Shown one piece after another: positions 25,505 through 37,326 of a stretch of DNA of 64,000 nt. The stretch lies in the NCBI GenBank assembly GCA_963799845.1, contig CAWCYI010000004.1:800001-864000 (forward strand). Reading direction: 5' to 3'. The position numbers were made by a program, and so were the translations under genes. The stretch's first letter is position 1. Each line of letters starts with the position of its first letter. The notes under the pieces are model-generated. The model was not told where the DNA came from and ran no database searches. It saw only the letters and a program-made list of their open reading frames with translations. The DNA is from an uncultured Nitrososphaerota archaeon. Lineage in GTDB: Archaea; Thermoproteota; Nitrososphaeria; Nitrososphaerales; CADDZS01.

Positions 25505-25529
25505 GAGAAAATTAGGGCGTGCCTCCCAT

Positions 25530-27209
25530 CTAGCTAGAAGCGGGGGACCCCGGCGCTGATCCGTTTGCATTGATCTTGTCAAGAACACTCTGCGGGTCGT
25601 TGTGGTACTGCGAAAGGACGGTCGAAATATCGACGAAGTTTCGCATGTTTTTCGACACAAGGTATTCGAGCACCCGGGCCCTGTTCCTGATCTCGTCCAA
25701 GATCTGATCCATTGTCTTTCCTCGATCCTGGGCGAGCTGGCGGAGTTTCACGCTGTTCTGAAGGAAATTTTCAAATTTGTCGGTCTGAGGGTTCCACGTG
25801 AACGTCCTGACAAAGTTGTCCGCGTCAATTATCTCGTCTATCGAAATCAGGCGCCTTGCGATCTTCGGAGCATCCGGATTCGATGAGTTGGAGAGCAAAA
25901 CCCTCCTCACCGTGTAAACGAAGTCTAGAAATGGAATGAATGCCGGCGCAACGTCCATCGGTTTGGAGATAAGTCTCTGGAAAGCGGACTGGGTATCGTC
26001 CCCATGTATCGTCGCGAGACCGCCGTGGCCCGTTGACAGAGCCTGGAATAGTGCGTACGCTTCTTCACCACGAACCTCGCCCACAACCAGAACATCCGGA
26101 CGCATTCTCATGGCCGTCTTTACAAGACCGAATAGAGAAATTTCTCCGAAGCTTGTTTCGGTCAACCCGTAGCTCAACCGGGAGACCATCGGGGTCCAGT
26201 TGGTGTGATGAACGTTGATTTCTTGGACCTCCTCGATTGTCACTAGCTTCGATGTGGGATTGATCGTTGAGAGCAGAGAGTTGAGGAACGTGGTCTTGCC
26301 GGACGCGGTCGCCCCGACGACCAGGGCGGCCGCTCTGTTTTCTATTAGCAGCCACGAATATGCCCCTGCGAGGTAGTCGATCATGCCTAATTTGATCAGG
26401 TCGACGAATGTCATCGGGTCCTCGCGGAACTTTCGGATGGTAAACGATGAGCCAAGAGGCGTGACTTCGGTGCGAAACGTGACGGTTAACCTGTGCTTCC
26501 CGGGGAGAGTTGCGTCCACGATTGGAAACGCGGTACTGATGTGCTTGCCCGAGATGTGGACGAGCCTTACTACGGCATCGTCGAGTCTTTGGTCTCTTCC
26601 GAACACCAGATTTGTCTCGAGGTTTTCGTACTTGCGGTGGTAGATGAAGACGGGCCTCGCGGCCGAGTCAAGGGTAATGTCCTCTATGCTCGGGTCCCTC
26701 ATCATTGGGTCAAGGGCTCCGAAACCGACCATGTCCCTCTCAGCGTAGTAGAGAAGCTTGGCCCATGAGATTGGAGTCTTTGACTTCTTTGTTAGGCGGT
26801 AGCGGTTTGCAGTTCTCAGCGCCTGCTCCGAGAAATATTTTCTCAGGTTATCTCCAGCTTTGGGCGCTTCGATCTCGACCTCGAGTGCAGCAATGATTTT
26901 GGTGTAGAGGTCAGTCTCTTCGGGTGTCAGTGGAGTCTCTTCCACGAAGTACATCGGTAACCTCTTCTGGGGGTTTTCTGCGATCACGGCATAAGCAAAC
27001 GGCGCGAGTAGAGGGTACTTCTCAATCGTCCTAAAATTAGGCGGCATTCTCAAACCGATGAGAGGGCCCTCGATCTCTTCTTCGACAAGTCCTCTTGACC
27101 TCTTCTTGGTCTCTGGCTGTACAGTTAGGGCGCTTTGAGTTGTGGTAGTAGTCACTGAATTTGTTTTCACAGATCTTGAAAATGGATTTTGCATGGTTTC
27201 CTGATTCAC
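25530..27209 (-). CDS. pilB: type IV pilus assembly ATPase (PilB/ArlI/VirB11 family)
   Basis: Walker A GATASGKT, Asp box TIEEVQE, Walker B MRPDVLVVGEVRG, His box GHGGLATIH. Confidence 0.95.
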   Translation of the reverse strand: MNQETMQNPFSRSVKTNSVTTTTTQSALTVQPETKKRSRGLVEEEIEGPLIGLRMPPNFRTIEKYPLLAPFAYAVIAENPQKRLPMYFVEETPLTPEETDLYTKIIAALEVEIEAPKAGDNLRKYFSEQALRTANRYRLTKKSKTPISWAKLLYYAERDMVGFGALDPMMRDPSIEDITLDSAARPVFIYHRKYENLETNLVFGRDQRLDDAVVRLVHISGKHISTAFPIVDATLPGKHRLTVTFRTEVTPLGSSFTIRKFREDPMTFVDLIKLGMIDYLAGAYSWLLIENRAAALVVGATASGKTTFLNSLLSTINPTSKLVTIEEVQEINVHHTNWTPMVSRLSYGLTETSFGEISLFGLVKTAMRMRPDVLVVGEVRGEEAYALFQALSTGHGGLATIHGDDTQSAFQRLISKPMDVAPAFIPFLDFVYTVRRVLLSNSSNPDAPKIARRLISIDEIIDADNFVRTFTWNPQTDKFENFLQNSVKLRQLAQDRGKTMDQILDEIRNRARVLEYLVSKNMRNFVDISTVLSQYHNDPQSVLDKINANGSAPGSPASS

Positions 27210-27224
27210 TTCGCTTTTTTTCGA

Positions 27225-29370
27225 TTAGGTGTAGGTGAATATGGCATAGGCGTAAATTGTCGTCCCGATGTATACGAGCACATAGTACGTTCCCGCCGCT
27301 CCAACCGTCGGGGCGGCAAAGGTTGCACCCGCTGGAATCGCTCCCGTCGCAGTCGAAGTAAAGCCTCCCGTTGCTCCGTTGCACGCTATGGTTGGGGGAG
27401 CTGCCGGTCCGCTCATGCAAACGGTGTACGCCGTACTCAGCTGCAAAGCCCGACCCGGAAAGGGCAACAGATCCACCAATCGTGTGTGAGTACGTTGCCG
27501 GGTTAATGTTGAGCGTCGGGGGAGGAATCGTGAATGTGTCGGCGACTATTGGGGCTTGTCCCGTTGGGTAAATCACGACATAGTATGTCCCATACGTTGT
27601 TGCAAAAATGCTCGGGACGGCAACGCCAGTTCCGGTTGGAATTGTGCCAGTAGTGCTTGACGTGAACGTCTGAGCGGTGGTGGCACAAGTAACTGTAGCT
27701 GATGTGCTACTGAGACAGAAGTTGTAAGCGATTGACTTCCCGTAGCCTATTCCCGACATCGTGATCGTAACCGGCGCTGAAGATTGTGTCGGATTAATCG
27801 TTAACGTTACAGTTACTTGGAAGGGATAGAACGCTGTAACTGTCGTTCCCGTGTACACTATGACATAATCATTCGCATATTGCGTTGCCGAGCCTACAGT
27901 GAAACTGACACCATTTGGTATTGATCCGCCGGTTGTTGTTGTAAAGGCACACGTTGAAGAAGGTGTACAACTTGTGGTGGCACCAGCAACGCATGAAACA
28001 GTCGTCGAACTGCTACTCAGACAGTAGCTGTAACTAGCAGGGCTCGGCTTGTAACCAATGCCTGAAGACAAATCAATAACAGTAAGGGGTGGTCCTGAAG
28101 TGGGGTCTATTGCCAGAGTTGGATTCGATTCGAACAGAGAAGAAATGTAAGGCAGATCTTGCCCGTAATTGGGGGGGCTGCTGCTGCTGCTAACGTAAGT
28201 CAGGCCGCTCACGACCGGGTTAGTGTACTCCCATCCGCTCGTCAATACAAATCCCGCCGTACTGAGGTAAGGAGTGCTGCTCTCTGCTGAAGAGGGAGGC
28301 GTTTGTATCTGGCTACCCAAGGTGGAGCTGAGAGTTTGACAGTTAGAAGTTGGTGGGTTCTGACCTGCCCCGTACGAATCGACGACGCAACTATTGGCAG
28401 CAAAATAGATCGTAGTGGGCACATTGTAGGCTAATGGAATGGGTGTGTATTGATTCAGGATTTGCGTCGTCACGCCGCTTGATGAAGTGCTGACTATGTA
28501 CCAGGGTATGAACGCTGCGGGAGTGCTTCCGCTTTCCGCACCCGAAAGTGACGTTGGCGCTTGGTAGAGTACTGTGAACTGATCGAGAACTATTGACTTC
28601 TGATTAGGATTCAAATCGGTAACTTGGACGGAGAACGCTATGGGCCCTGCCTGGCAGAGACCTTCGGGATCGTCTGAGTCATAGTCTCCACAGCCCTGAT
28701 CATCACCAGAAGGAGGTTTCACTACCACTTTGGTAATAGGGATAATTGAAGCACTGGCTCCGAGCGATGGAAAACAGTATCCAGAATTCCCAGAACCTGA
28801 TAAACAACCCGAGGTTACCACACTATAGTAGTCGTAGCTGCTGAAATTCATCAAGAGGTCTCCAACCGTGCCAGCCACAACGGCCTGAGGTACCACAGTT
28901 GTCGTCGGATAGATAATCTCGTCAACAGTTCCAAGACTGGATATCGCTTTTATCCAAACCGTATAGATCGAGCTACTGCTGGCGTAGGTGAAACATGCTC
29001 CACCACATGGTACGTTTGCAGTTCCACTAGGGTTTATACCGACAGCTGGTGAGATCGCATCAGTCTGCAAAACAGTGTTGGTTGACTCGTTTCCGACGAC
29101 AATTTCCACTATGCTAATCGAGGTAGGGCCTGTATCTGTAACGTTCGCCGTCAATTTGGTTGAGCTTAGGTTTCCGGCAACTGTGAAAGACTCCTCGGCT
29201 GCCTGCAGATTCAATAGTGCTCTTTGGTTTGTGGCCTGCTCGGTAAACGTGAAGTAAGTTGCGATTGTAGAAAATATAATCGCAAAAATGATGACGCCAC
29301 CAATGATAGTTGATACCGCTTTCTTTTTTCTGGAAGTTCTGCCTAAATTCTTCATTAATTTTTTTAACAA
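27225..29370 (-). CDS. large pilin-like adhesin (class III signal, 3 C-terminal Cys-paired repeats); frame break near 27440
   Basis: RKKKA/VSTIIGGVIIFAIIF; the third repeat continues in ORF 27225..27479, so the tail of the 777-aa ORF overlapping pilB is spurious. Confidence 0.8.
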
Positions 29371-29379
29371 GTTTTATTT

Positions 29380-29916
29380 TCAACCAGTTACTTGATAGTC
29401 ATAGTTTGTACCATACTGCCCGGTCACTACGACTGAGACAATTGTCCCCTTTGCCACTCCACTGCTGCAGCTACCTGAGGAGGTATAAGTAGCTCCACTG
29501 AGGCTGCCAGAGACACCAGTCAGAGATATAGATTGCAATGAGTTAAGCGTCCCAGCGCTAAGCGTCCATTGAGGGGCGGAGCCGGTCACTGAAATCGTGC
29601 ATGTCCCATACGTGATTAGGATCGCTGCAGCTATCGTGTTTTTCTGTCCGCTGTTGAACACGTACAACGTTATCGCACTCCACGGCGCGGTTCCACCCGA
29701 AAAAGTAGAGGCAACGATCTCAAATTTTTCGGCAGTCACGTTGAAGTAACTATTTTCCGAACTTAGGGCGTTCGAGTTAGCCCAGACCCAAGCGACCGAC
29801 CCGATAACAACCGTTATGGCGACAAGAACAATCGTCGCTATGACTTCGCTGATTGCAGATCTATTTCTGCGCCTGCGGACTCTTAGTTTCTTTGGCTGCG
29901 TCATTGTGGGTATCAT
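29380..29916 (-). CDS. minor archaeal type IV pilin
   Basis: RRNRSA/ISEVIATIVLVAITVVIG class III signal. Confidence 0.9.
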   Translation of the reverse strand: MIPTMTQPKKLRVRRRRNRSAISEVIATIVLVAITVVIGSVAWVWANSNALSSENSYFNVTAEKFEIVASTFSGGTAPWSAITLYVFNSGQKNTIAAAILITYGTCTISVTGSAPQWTLSAGTLNSLQSISLTGVSGSLSGATYTSSGSCSSGVAKGTIVSVVVTGQYGTNYDYQVTG

Positions 29917-29949
29917 TTATCCTGGCAAACTTTCGTTTCGCTTGAGAGA

Positions 29950-29971
29950 GGAGAAAAGAAAAAAGGGGGGA
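29950..29971 (-). terminator. U-rich terminator after major pilin
   Basis: pyrimidine/T tract on the minus strand ~25 bp after the pilin stop. Confidence 0.55.
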
Positions 29972-29992
29972 GTCGCTTAATTTTTGAAAAAT

Positions 29993-30391
29993 CTAAACGG
30001 CGACTGCTACACCGGTGATGGCTTGTCCGTTCGACAGTGTGATGTCGAAGTTGTAGTTATTTCCTGAAGTTACGGCTGTACCTACAGTGCACGTTCCTGA
30101 ATATACACCCGTAAATGCTGCGTAGGTGCCAGTACATGCTCCGTTTACAGTGACAAGACTTACAGTCACTTGAGAGCTGGCCGGATTATCCAAGGAAAAG
30201 GCGAATGTAGTAGGTGCTGTCAGGGTTGCTGACTTCAATGATACCGTGTTGGCATTGGCGCTGAACAGACCGAACGCGAACACACCAACCACGAGTGCCA
30301 GTACTAGGGCAACCGCGATGAGTATGATCGTAGCGATGACCGGACTGATTCCTTTCTTCTTTCGTTGTCTCAGACGTGAGATGGAAACCAT
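29993..30391 (-). CDS. pilA: major archaeal type IV pilin
   Basis: KKKG/ISPVIATIILIAVALVLALVVG; first gene of the operon; TTTAAG TATA-like box ~27 bp upstream. Confidence 0.92.
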   Translation of the reverse strand: MVSISRLRQRKKKGISPVIATIILIAVALVLALVVGVFAFGLFSANANTVSLKSATLTAPTTFAFSLDNPASSQVTVSLVTVNGACTGTYAAFTGVYSGTCTVGTAVTSGNNYNFDITLSNGQAITGVAVAV

Positions 30392-30437
30392 AGGCGCCTA
30401 AATCTAGATCTGGAATCCTTAAACCTTCCGATGCATA

Positions 30438-30456
30438 TCTATCGGCATACGATATA
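30438..30456. promoter_or_regulatory. TATCG-N5-CGATA operator candidate between pilin and divergent surface gene
   Basis: ATATCTATCG-GCATA-CGATATATT, with flanks identical to the 22585 site. Confidence 0.65.
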
Positions 30457-30657
30457 TTTGTTGGAGGTTTCCTCTTTTGGCGAAATAGTTATGCACTAGA
30501 ATTCGCTTAGAGGTGCTATTCATTTATTTCCGGATTCGTGTATCTAAAAGCGTCATATCGCGAATAAATAGGGAAGAATCTGAATTCCGATTCCATATTG
30601 GCTCTCTTGATCGGAGATAATGCTTCTTTGATTCGCACGATAAGGAAATCGAATAAT

Positions 30658-33218
30658 ATGAAAACTAAGATCGAATCTTCACAGAGGATTAAGGTCTCGG
30701 CTCGCAGAAGGAATGCAGCTGTTTTCGTTATCTTTATTTTTGCCTTGTCGACGTTGATTGCCCTAATTGGATTCCCACTCTTCAGCTAGTAGTGCGTCAG
30801 CACCTTCTGCCCCCTTCAACGAGGGCATCAGCCTACTTGCGAGACCTCCAATCCTCCCTGCGGATGGCGGCGTATATTCGTCTCTAGTTTTGCAGTTTGA
30901 AAATACTACATCTTCTGTACCTATTATTCCGAGTGTGAACATAACCGTGCAGCTGACATCTTCTAGTCCACAGACGGGGACAGTCCCTCCGAGCGTTCTG
31001 TTCCCTGCTGGACAGACATTCATCACCGTTCCATTCAAGACGACAACGTCACCAGGAAGTACCACGGTAAGCGCATTTGCCAGCGGATACGAACCCGCAA
31101 ACTTGATTGTTAATACTCAGGAGCTTGGCGGAATCCCGGTCGCGCTTAATGTTTCTGTTACCCCCAATCAGATTCCTCCAGACAAAAGTTTCCAAGCGAG
31201 TGTAGTTGTTCAAGCCAGAGATTCGTTTGGAAATCCTGTGAAATTGGCTTCCAACCTGGTCGTGACACTGTCATCCTCAAATTCCCAGATAGGAAGTGTT
31301 CCCAGCTCGCTGACAATTCCGGCGGGTCAGAGCTTTGCCACGACCACATTTTCACCGAGTTTTCTCGCCGGGAATTCGGTGGTGACAGCCTCAGCATCCG
31401 GCTATCTTTCGGGTTCGGCATCAGTGTCTACCGTAGGTCCGGTACCGCGCCGATTGGTGATATCTATAGCACCCGCCCTCTTGTCCGATGCCAAGGGCAC
31501 CAATGCAACAATGTCTATTCAACTTCAGGACAATAACAGCCAGACGCCGGCTCTCGCCGCTTCTCCCGTCAACGTCGTTGTCACATCGAGCAACGATAGT
31601 GTGGTCCAACCGGAAAACACAGTTGTTACCATCCCCGCTGGTTCAACGTATGCCACGACAACTTTGGTCTCAGAGGGCGATGCCGGTTTTGCAAACGTAA
31701 CCGCGTCCGCCCAGGGATTCGTGAAGGGGTCAGCGCTTGTGACCACGAGCGCGCCCGGTAAAAAACCCAACAGCCTAGTCTATCTATTTTGTTCCCAATA
31801 CTCTGCTCCCAAATGACCGGAGTTACAACGGTACTGTCGTTGTCGAACAGCAGGAAGCGTTTTCAAACGGAAGCGTCATCCCCGCGGTGTCTACTAACTC
31901 TACTTCAATTTACGCAAGGTCATCGGACAACGCAACGATGCAGGTCAGCGGCGCGACGATGAATATCACTGCAGGATCCACCTACGTATCGATGGATGTG
32001 AATACGACCTTCCTGCCGGGTCTTGTATCCATTACGGCGCAGAGTCCAGGTTTCTTGGCGGATACTGCCAACCTTCTTTCCTTCGGCGCGATACCTGATA
32101 CCATCAGCTTGCAATTCGCGCCCGCCACTTTGATTTCAGATGGAAGCAGGTACAACTCTGTCGTCGTCGGCTTGATTAATTCTGGAACCGGAGGTCCCGC
32201 GATTGCTCCGCTGCCCACGATAGTCGATCTCTCGAGCAATTCCAGTTCGGCAGGCGTGATTCAGAGTTCCGTTACAATCCCCGCAGGTGCGACCTATGCC
32301 AGGGCAGAATTTACTACATCCGGTCTCCCGGGCAACGTACAGGTTATCGCGACCGCTTCGAATTACAATTCTTCAACGCAAACTCTAACCCTGGTGACCC
32401 CAGGCGCCACGAACTTAGGGCTGTACGCGGCTCCGTACTATGTGCTCGCCGACGGAGGATCCTACCAGAATGTAGCGGTCCAACTACAGGATTCAAATCG
32501 GAATCCCGTTAAGACTAGCATACCGGTGTCCATTCAATTGGATTGTCAATCAGCAGCCTACTGCAGCGTTCCGCCCAGCGTCACGATCATGCCGGGCGAG
32601 ACCTTTGCTGTTTTCCCGGTCAACACGACTACCACGCCGGCCGCCTTCAATGTGTCAGCCTTTGCAGTGGGCCTCAGACCAGGATCAGTGCGGATGAACA
32701 GTACGTTAGAAGCCCTGCAGGCTAACATCACACTTGACACATCCAAACTGCTACCAAACGGGCAGACCCAAGCGACAATCACGGTAGAATCAAATGGACT
32801 TTTGATAGCTAACGCGAACGTAAAGTGGGTCCAATCAAGCGACACGCAATTTGTTTCTGTGCAAAACCAGACAGACTCGAATGGAGTTGCGACTGCAATA
32901 GTCGAAGGCGGGCTTTTGGCAGGGACTTTCCAAGTTCAAGCGGTTGTGCAAAAAGCCGGATATACGGACTACCTTGCCTCAACCGGCCTGACCATAGCAC
33001 CGCCGGTGCCGGTTCAGAGCAACGGAATCTACGGGAAATACCTCTTTCTTCCAAAATGGGCTTGGATCCTGATTGTGGTCGCTGCCGCAGCCGCGGCGGG
33101 TGTGGTCGTTGTTTGGAGACGAAGAAGACCGGCAACAATCTTCGAAGAGGAAAGGCTGGAAATGCCGCCGGTCCCGATTGCTGAGGGTTCGGGAGACACA
33201 AACCCCTATTCACTATAA
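30658..33218 (+). CDS. membrane-anchored multi-Ig-like surface protein; frame breaks near 30785 and 31790
   Basis: signal peptide, repeated P..L.ADG...V.VQLQD...SVTIPAG.T.A domains, C-terminal TM followed by RRRR; ORFs 30598..30789, 30767..31816 and 31887..33218. Confidence 0.8.
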
Positions 33219-33457
33219 GCCAACAACTTACAAAATAATACCGCCGAAAAAGGAAGCTGGCATATCACAAGTCGAAATGGCGAGACGATAGAACTCTGAC
33301 CTTGTGAAAGTCCTCGCAATACCCTCGTTCCCGAATGTAACGACTAAAGAAGAGGTCGAAATACGGGCAAGAAAGGAATTCGAGAGGATCCCAGAATTAG
33401 GCTATGGCTACAAGATTCGAGGGAATCTTTGAAGTGCCAAGAAGAGGAGACAGAAGA

Positions 33458-33925
33458 ATGAGCAAGAAAACTTTGTCAGATATAACTGGGGCATCTCTGC
33501 TGACTGTTGGCGCGTATTTCTTTATCGTTCCTGTTATCTGTGTGGACATTCTACCGTTCATTAATGGTAATGCAATCTTTTTTCGCCTTGACAGCCCAAT
33601 ACTCCAGATTGAATATGAATTTGGTATAACGTCGATTGGTATTATCGCAGCAACAGGACTTTTGGCAATGTTGTCAGGTTTGATCATTGTAAGGCACAAT
33701 CTCTTGGAAACAGTACTTCTTGTTGCGCCGACGATAATATTCATCTTTTCACTAGACTTTGTTACACTGGATCCTACTCAATTCAATCTGCAAGTGATTT
33801 ATTGGTTTACACAGGTTCATCTAGCATGGATTACTAATGGACTGATGATGTATGTATCTGCGATATGGCTCATTGTAGGATGTATTGTTTTCATATTAAA
33901 ACGAGGGAGATTAATAACGAATTGA
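33458..33925 (+). CDS. 4-TM membrane protein, unknown function
   Basis: four hydrophobic segments; GAGGAG before ATG 33458. Confidence 0.7.
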   Translation: MSKKTLSDITGASLLTVGAYFFIVPVICVDILPFINGNAIFFRLDSPILQIEYEFGITSIGIIAATGLLAMLSGLIIVRHNLLETVLLVAPTIIFIFSLDFVTLDPTQFNLQVIYWFTQVHLAWITNGLMMYVSAIWLIVGCIVFILKRGRLITN

Positions 33926-34431
33926 CAGAGCAATACGAAAAATTCGAATGCTGTACAAATCTGGACGCGAACATCAGAATTAGAAGTTAACGGTAATGTC
34001 TGAAGATGAAGAGGAGAATGAGATCGAATGGATACACGCACGATGGTACAGACTTGTTGCAAAGTCCCAGAAGCTCACTCAAAAGAGGCTCTTCGGGATA
34101 AGATCTTCTACCATATCGCAATTTCTCATTTAAGGGTTCGAGAATCTTGACAGGAGGCATGAAAAAAGTTCCGCACAAGTTTTTCAATTAAACTAAAAGC
34201 AAATCCTTTCACACTCCCTGTAGCAGATCTACTCTAGGCAAAGCGCTTCCTGCAAAAGTATCAACGGTGTTAGACGGAGTTAATGATTTCTTAATCTAAA
34301 GTCAAGCCAGTGGACTGATCGTCATGAGTGATTGGGAAATAACTCCAAGAATATGACTTTATTCAGTACATTCGGCTGTCGATCTAACCAGTTATGAAAA
34401 AGAAGGCCGGTCACCCCCAAAATCCCGTCAC

Positions 34432-34450
34432 TATATCGTAGTCCGATACA
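34432..34450. promoter_or_regulatory. TATCG-N5-CGATA operator candidate immediately upstream of PadR gene
   Basis: TATATCG-TAGTC-CGATACA, ~33 bp before ATG 34483. Confidence 0.65.
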
Positions 34451-34482
34451 CTAAAATCCCGCTGAATGAACTCCCTTGGCCT

Positions 34483-34833
34483 ATGAATCGTCACAGGTTG
34501 CGACCCGCCGGGCCAACGGCAAAACAAGGTTATCGAGATACAAAGTTACGGCTGGTCGATTCGCAAGTGCTTCTGGCTTTGAGAACGAAGCCGCATACGC
34601 TTTACTCGCTGTCGAGGTCCAATATTGATATTTTTGGCCGGGCGATAATGTCAACCGGCATTCTCCATCCCCACCTCATGAAATTGGAGAGCATGGGTTT
34701 CATAAGGGGATACACAAAGATGCACAAGCGAAGGTACACCCGAATCTACAAGGTAACGAACAAGGGTCGCGCCGAACTGGGTCGGCAGGTCAAACTCTTC
34801 AGTAGAACTCTAATGAAATTGAAAGCCGTCTAG
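34483..34833 (+). CDS. PadR-family winged-helix transcriptional regulator
   Basis: VLLALRTKPHTLYSL...STGILHPHLMKLESMGFI...RIYKVTNKGRAEL. Confidence 0.85.
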   Translation: MNRHRLRPAGPTAKQGYRDTKLRLVDSQVLLALRTKPHTLYSLSRSNIDIFGRAIMSTGILHPHLMKLESMGFIRGYTKMHKRRYTRIYKVTNKGRAELGRQVKLFSRTLMKLKAV

Positions 34834-34925
34834 TAGTGCAATTTTTCGCGCGCGTACATCCAAGGTCATACTAGAATCAACAACTTGGCAGGTCGATTGA
34901 TGCCCAAAAGCGATCGGGCAACTTT

Positions 34926-35438
34926 GTGCATTATATTAGAGCAGATTGCTCAAAAGATCTAGATTTCTTCCACCTATCCAAGACGGAGCCAAAGTTAATC
35001 AGATCCATATGGCCCGGCATTGCAAGTCTGCAGGGAGGAAAAGTTTTCTTGTATCCCATTCTTGAACGACTTCGCCCTTTTTCAAGAGACCGGTTTTTCC
35101 TCTATTCGCTCGCTTCGACGCTCGTGTTAAATTTCATCGCGGTCACCCTAACCTGGTTTGTAGTATTTTCCTGGAACGCAGGGTACGAATATAGCCCGGT
35201 CTCGCTGTGGCAGCTTTCCAGCTTTGGTCCTGTAATTACTCTGGTCGTGACCCAACTCACCTTGACGGGAGTGTTCCTGATGGTGAAAATTGGCTTTTCG
35301 CGGATTGCAAGGCAAAGACCCAACACCCAAAGTTATTCAACGATTGCAAGGATGGTTTTGTCCGTAATTCTTGCAATAATTGCGGTTGATGCTCTAAATG
35401 ATATTTCCAATTTCATCGTCCTGCTCCACATACTCTAA
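34926..35438 (+). CDS. 3-TM membrane protein, DUF5658-like (start uncertain)
   Basis: TM-xTW...YEYSP-TM-TM with a terminal N motif. Confidence 0.55.
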   Translation: MHYIRADCSKDLDFFHLSKTEPKLIRSIWPGIASLQGGKVFLYPILERLRPFSRDRFFLYSLASTLVLNFIAVTLTWFVVFSWNAGYEYSPVSLWQLSSFGPVITLVVTQLTLTGVFLMVKIGFSRIARQRPNTQSYSTIARMVLSVILAIIAVDALNDISNFIVLLHIL

Positions 35439-35582
35439 CCCCAGGGAGTTGGGGCCGTGCCATGTCACGCGCTAACGTGAGAATTACTTTTGAAATAATG
35501 TGCATTTGTCATGACACCGTCGAGGGATAAGCCCGTGTCTATTCATTTCATACTTAAATAGTTCAAATGCTCATATGCTCAT

Positions 35583-35879
35583 ATGGGCATTAAGGTCGAT
35601 CTGGACGAGGATCTCGAAAGGGAGTTTCGGGAGCTCGCGATGAAGAGATTCGGTTATTCAAAGGGCTCGATCAAGAAAGCTACCGAAAGTGCTATTCGCC
35701 AGTGGACAGCCACGGAATTGCAGATAAAGCCAAGTTCTATGGAAAGAAAGAAACAGAACAAGTCCGGAGTGGATCTTCTGACCGGCCTGTTGAAGGATGT
35801 CAAGCACAAGAGCTCAGTGGTAGAGCAGCATGAAATAAGAAAGCTCTGGATGAGGTCTGCAGAGGAAGGCCACAGGTAA
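35583..35879 (+). CDS. vapB: RHH antitoxin
   Basis: IKVDLDEDLEREFRELAMKRFGYSKGSIKKATESAIRQW; ATGCTCAT direct repeat upstream. Confidence 0.85.
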   Translation: MGIKVDLDEDLEREFRELAMKRFGYSKGSIKKATESAIRQWTATELQIKPSSMERKKQNKSGVDLLTGLLKDVKHKSSVVEQHEIRKLWMRSAEEGHR

Positions 35880-35881
35880 AA

Positions 35882-36349
35882 ATGCAGTCATCCTCTCGGC
35901 CGCTATACTTCATAGACACGAACGTTTTCCTTGAACTCGAGTTTCAGGATGCGAGATGGGAAGAGAGCAGGGGATTCTTGAAGATGGTGGAAACGGGAGA
36001 GGTCATTGCTTGCACTTCAGATTTTGTTGTCTACGGTGCGATTCTAGAGATTGAAGCAAAGACTAGAAAGAGATCAGAGTTAAAGATAGAGACTTTTCTC
36101 GATGCTCTTTCATCTCTAAGCGGGCTCTCGATTTTGAGACCAACAATCAAAGAGATGAAAGATGCAGCAAAATTCGTGTCGAGCCGGAAATTGGATTTTG
36201 ATGATGCTTACGTGGTGTCATGCATGACTGCCAACGAGATAACTAGCATAGTTTCTTTTGACAGACATTTTGATAATCTGGAAGAAGTCAGGAGGCTAGA
36301 GCCGATTGAAATTCTTAGGGCTGTGGAATCAGACGAGGAAAATCATTGA
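35882..36349 (+). CDS. vapC: PIN-domain VapC toxin
   Basis: YFIDTNVFLE, LDFDDAY and SFDRHFD motifs. Confidence 0.9.
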   Translation: MQSSSRPLYFIDTNVFLELEFQDARWEESRGFLKMVETGEVIACTSDFVVYGAILEIEAKTRKRSELKIETFLDALSSLSGLSILRPTIKEMKDAAKFVSSRKLDFDDAYVVSCMTANEITSIVSFDRHFDNLEEVRRLEPIEILRAVESDEENH

Positions 36350-36484
36350 ACACCAGCAACCGGGTAGAGCTCGGTCATAAGGCCTTAAAGTATCGCGTTG
36401 CCGCGTCTTGAAAATTGAAATGGTTTTCTGGCCGATCCGTACAGCCACCGATCAGAATGGATTTCGGACATTATTCTGATTTTT

Positions 36485-36935
36485 TTACCAAAGTCGCATG
36501 ACCAACAAGGGTATGTTGTGGAGCAAAACTATAGCCGTAAAATAGATCCGCGACTATCAGGCCGATGATCGCCGCCAATTTTACCTGTCTTATTTCGACC
36601 GGCTGGGCTAGAGGTTGATTTCCCTCCTTCAGCAGCAGAGGGTAGATGATTACCAGGGCAGGGATTACCTTGAGGACGAGCGTTGAAAAGACAAACCCGG
36701 GGATTCCGCCGCCGAAGAGAAGGGCCGCTACGCGGTTCAGCTCATAGAACGAGTCCTGGAAGACAGTCATCGCGATGAGCGTCGACGCAATGTCCAGTAT
36801 GCTCAGGATGATGAACAGAGCGAAAAGGCTTCGGAGGGCTCTATCCAGCTGGCGGAGGTCGAGAGCGGAGAGCCACTTCTTGTCCCGCTCGTTGAGCCGA
36901 TGAATCCTTTCAAAGTAATTGACCAAGAGTTGCAA
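36485..36935 (-). CDS. DUF5658-like membrane protein; frame break near 36533
   Basis: LDIASTL...YELNRV...LK motif; the alternative frame gives IVLLHNIPLLVMRLW-stop. Confidence 0.65.
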
Positions 36936-37326
36936 AAAAACCTCTGGCAGTCTCAGACCAAAACACGGAAAAAAAGACCATTAAAGTTGATGGATCCGTG
37001 ATGTGATTGCTTGAGTCCATAAGACTTGATCTATGAACAGGCAAGAATGAACCAGAGAACGATCAAGACTTATCAATTTTGAAATTAATTTCTTCGTCAA
37101 GATCTATCGTATCAATCTTCAGGACTTAGGCGGTCTCCTCCAGCTCTAGTTGCTTGATGATAAGATATTCAAGAAAGGCCGCGCAAATATTTGCACTTCG
37201 TTTGATGATCGACGAAACGAGAATGTTCTCCAATTTTGGAGAAATCATTCAGTAATTTCAATATGAAAATTTGAAACGCCGACAAAGCATAACTAATTGG
37301 GGCACGATGAGAATGGGAGTAATTAG

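Noticed and set aside
23195-30391. Archaellum operon
   Set aside because: No ArlH, ArlF/G or chemotaxis genes; the pilins have the ISPVIATIIL adhesive-pilin type N-terminus
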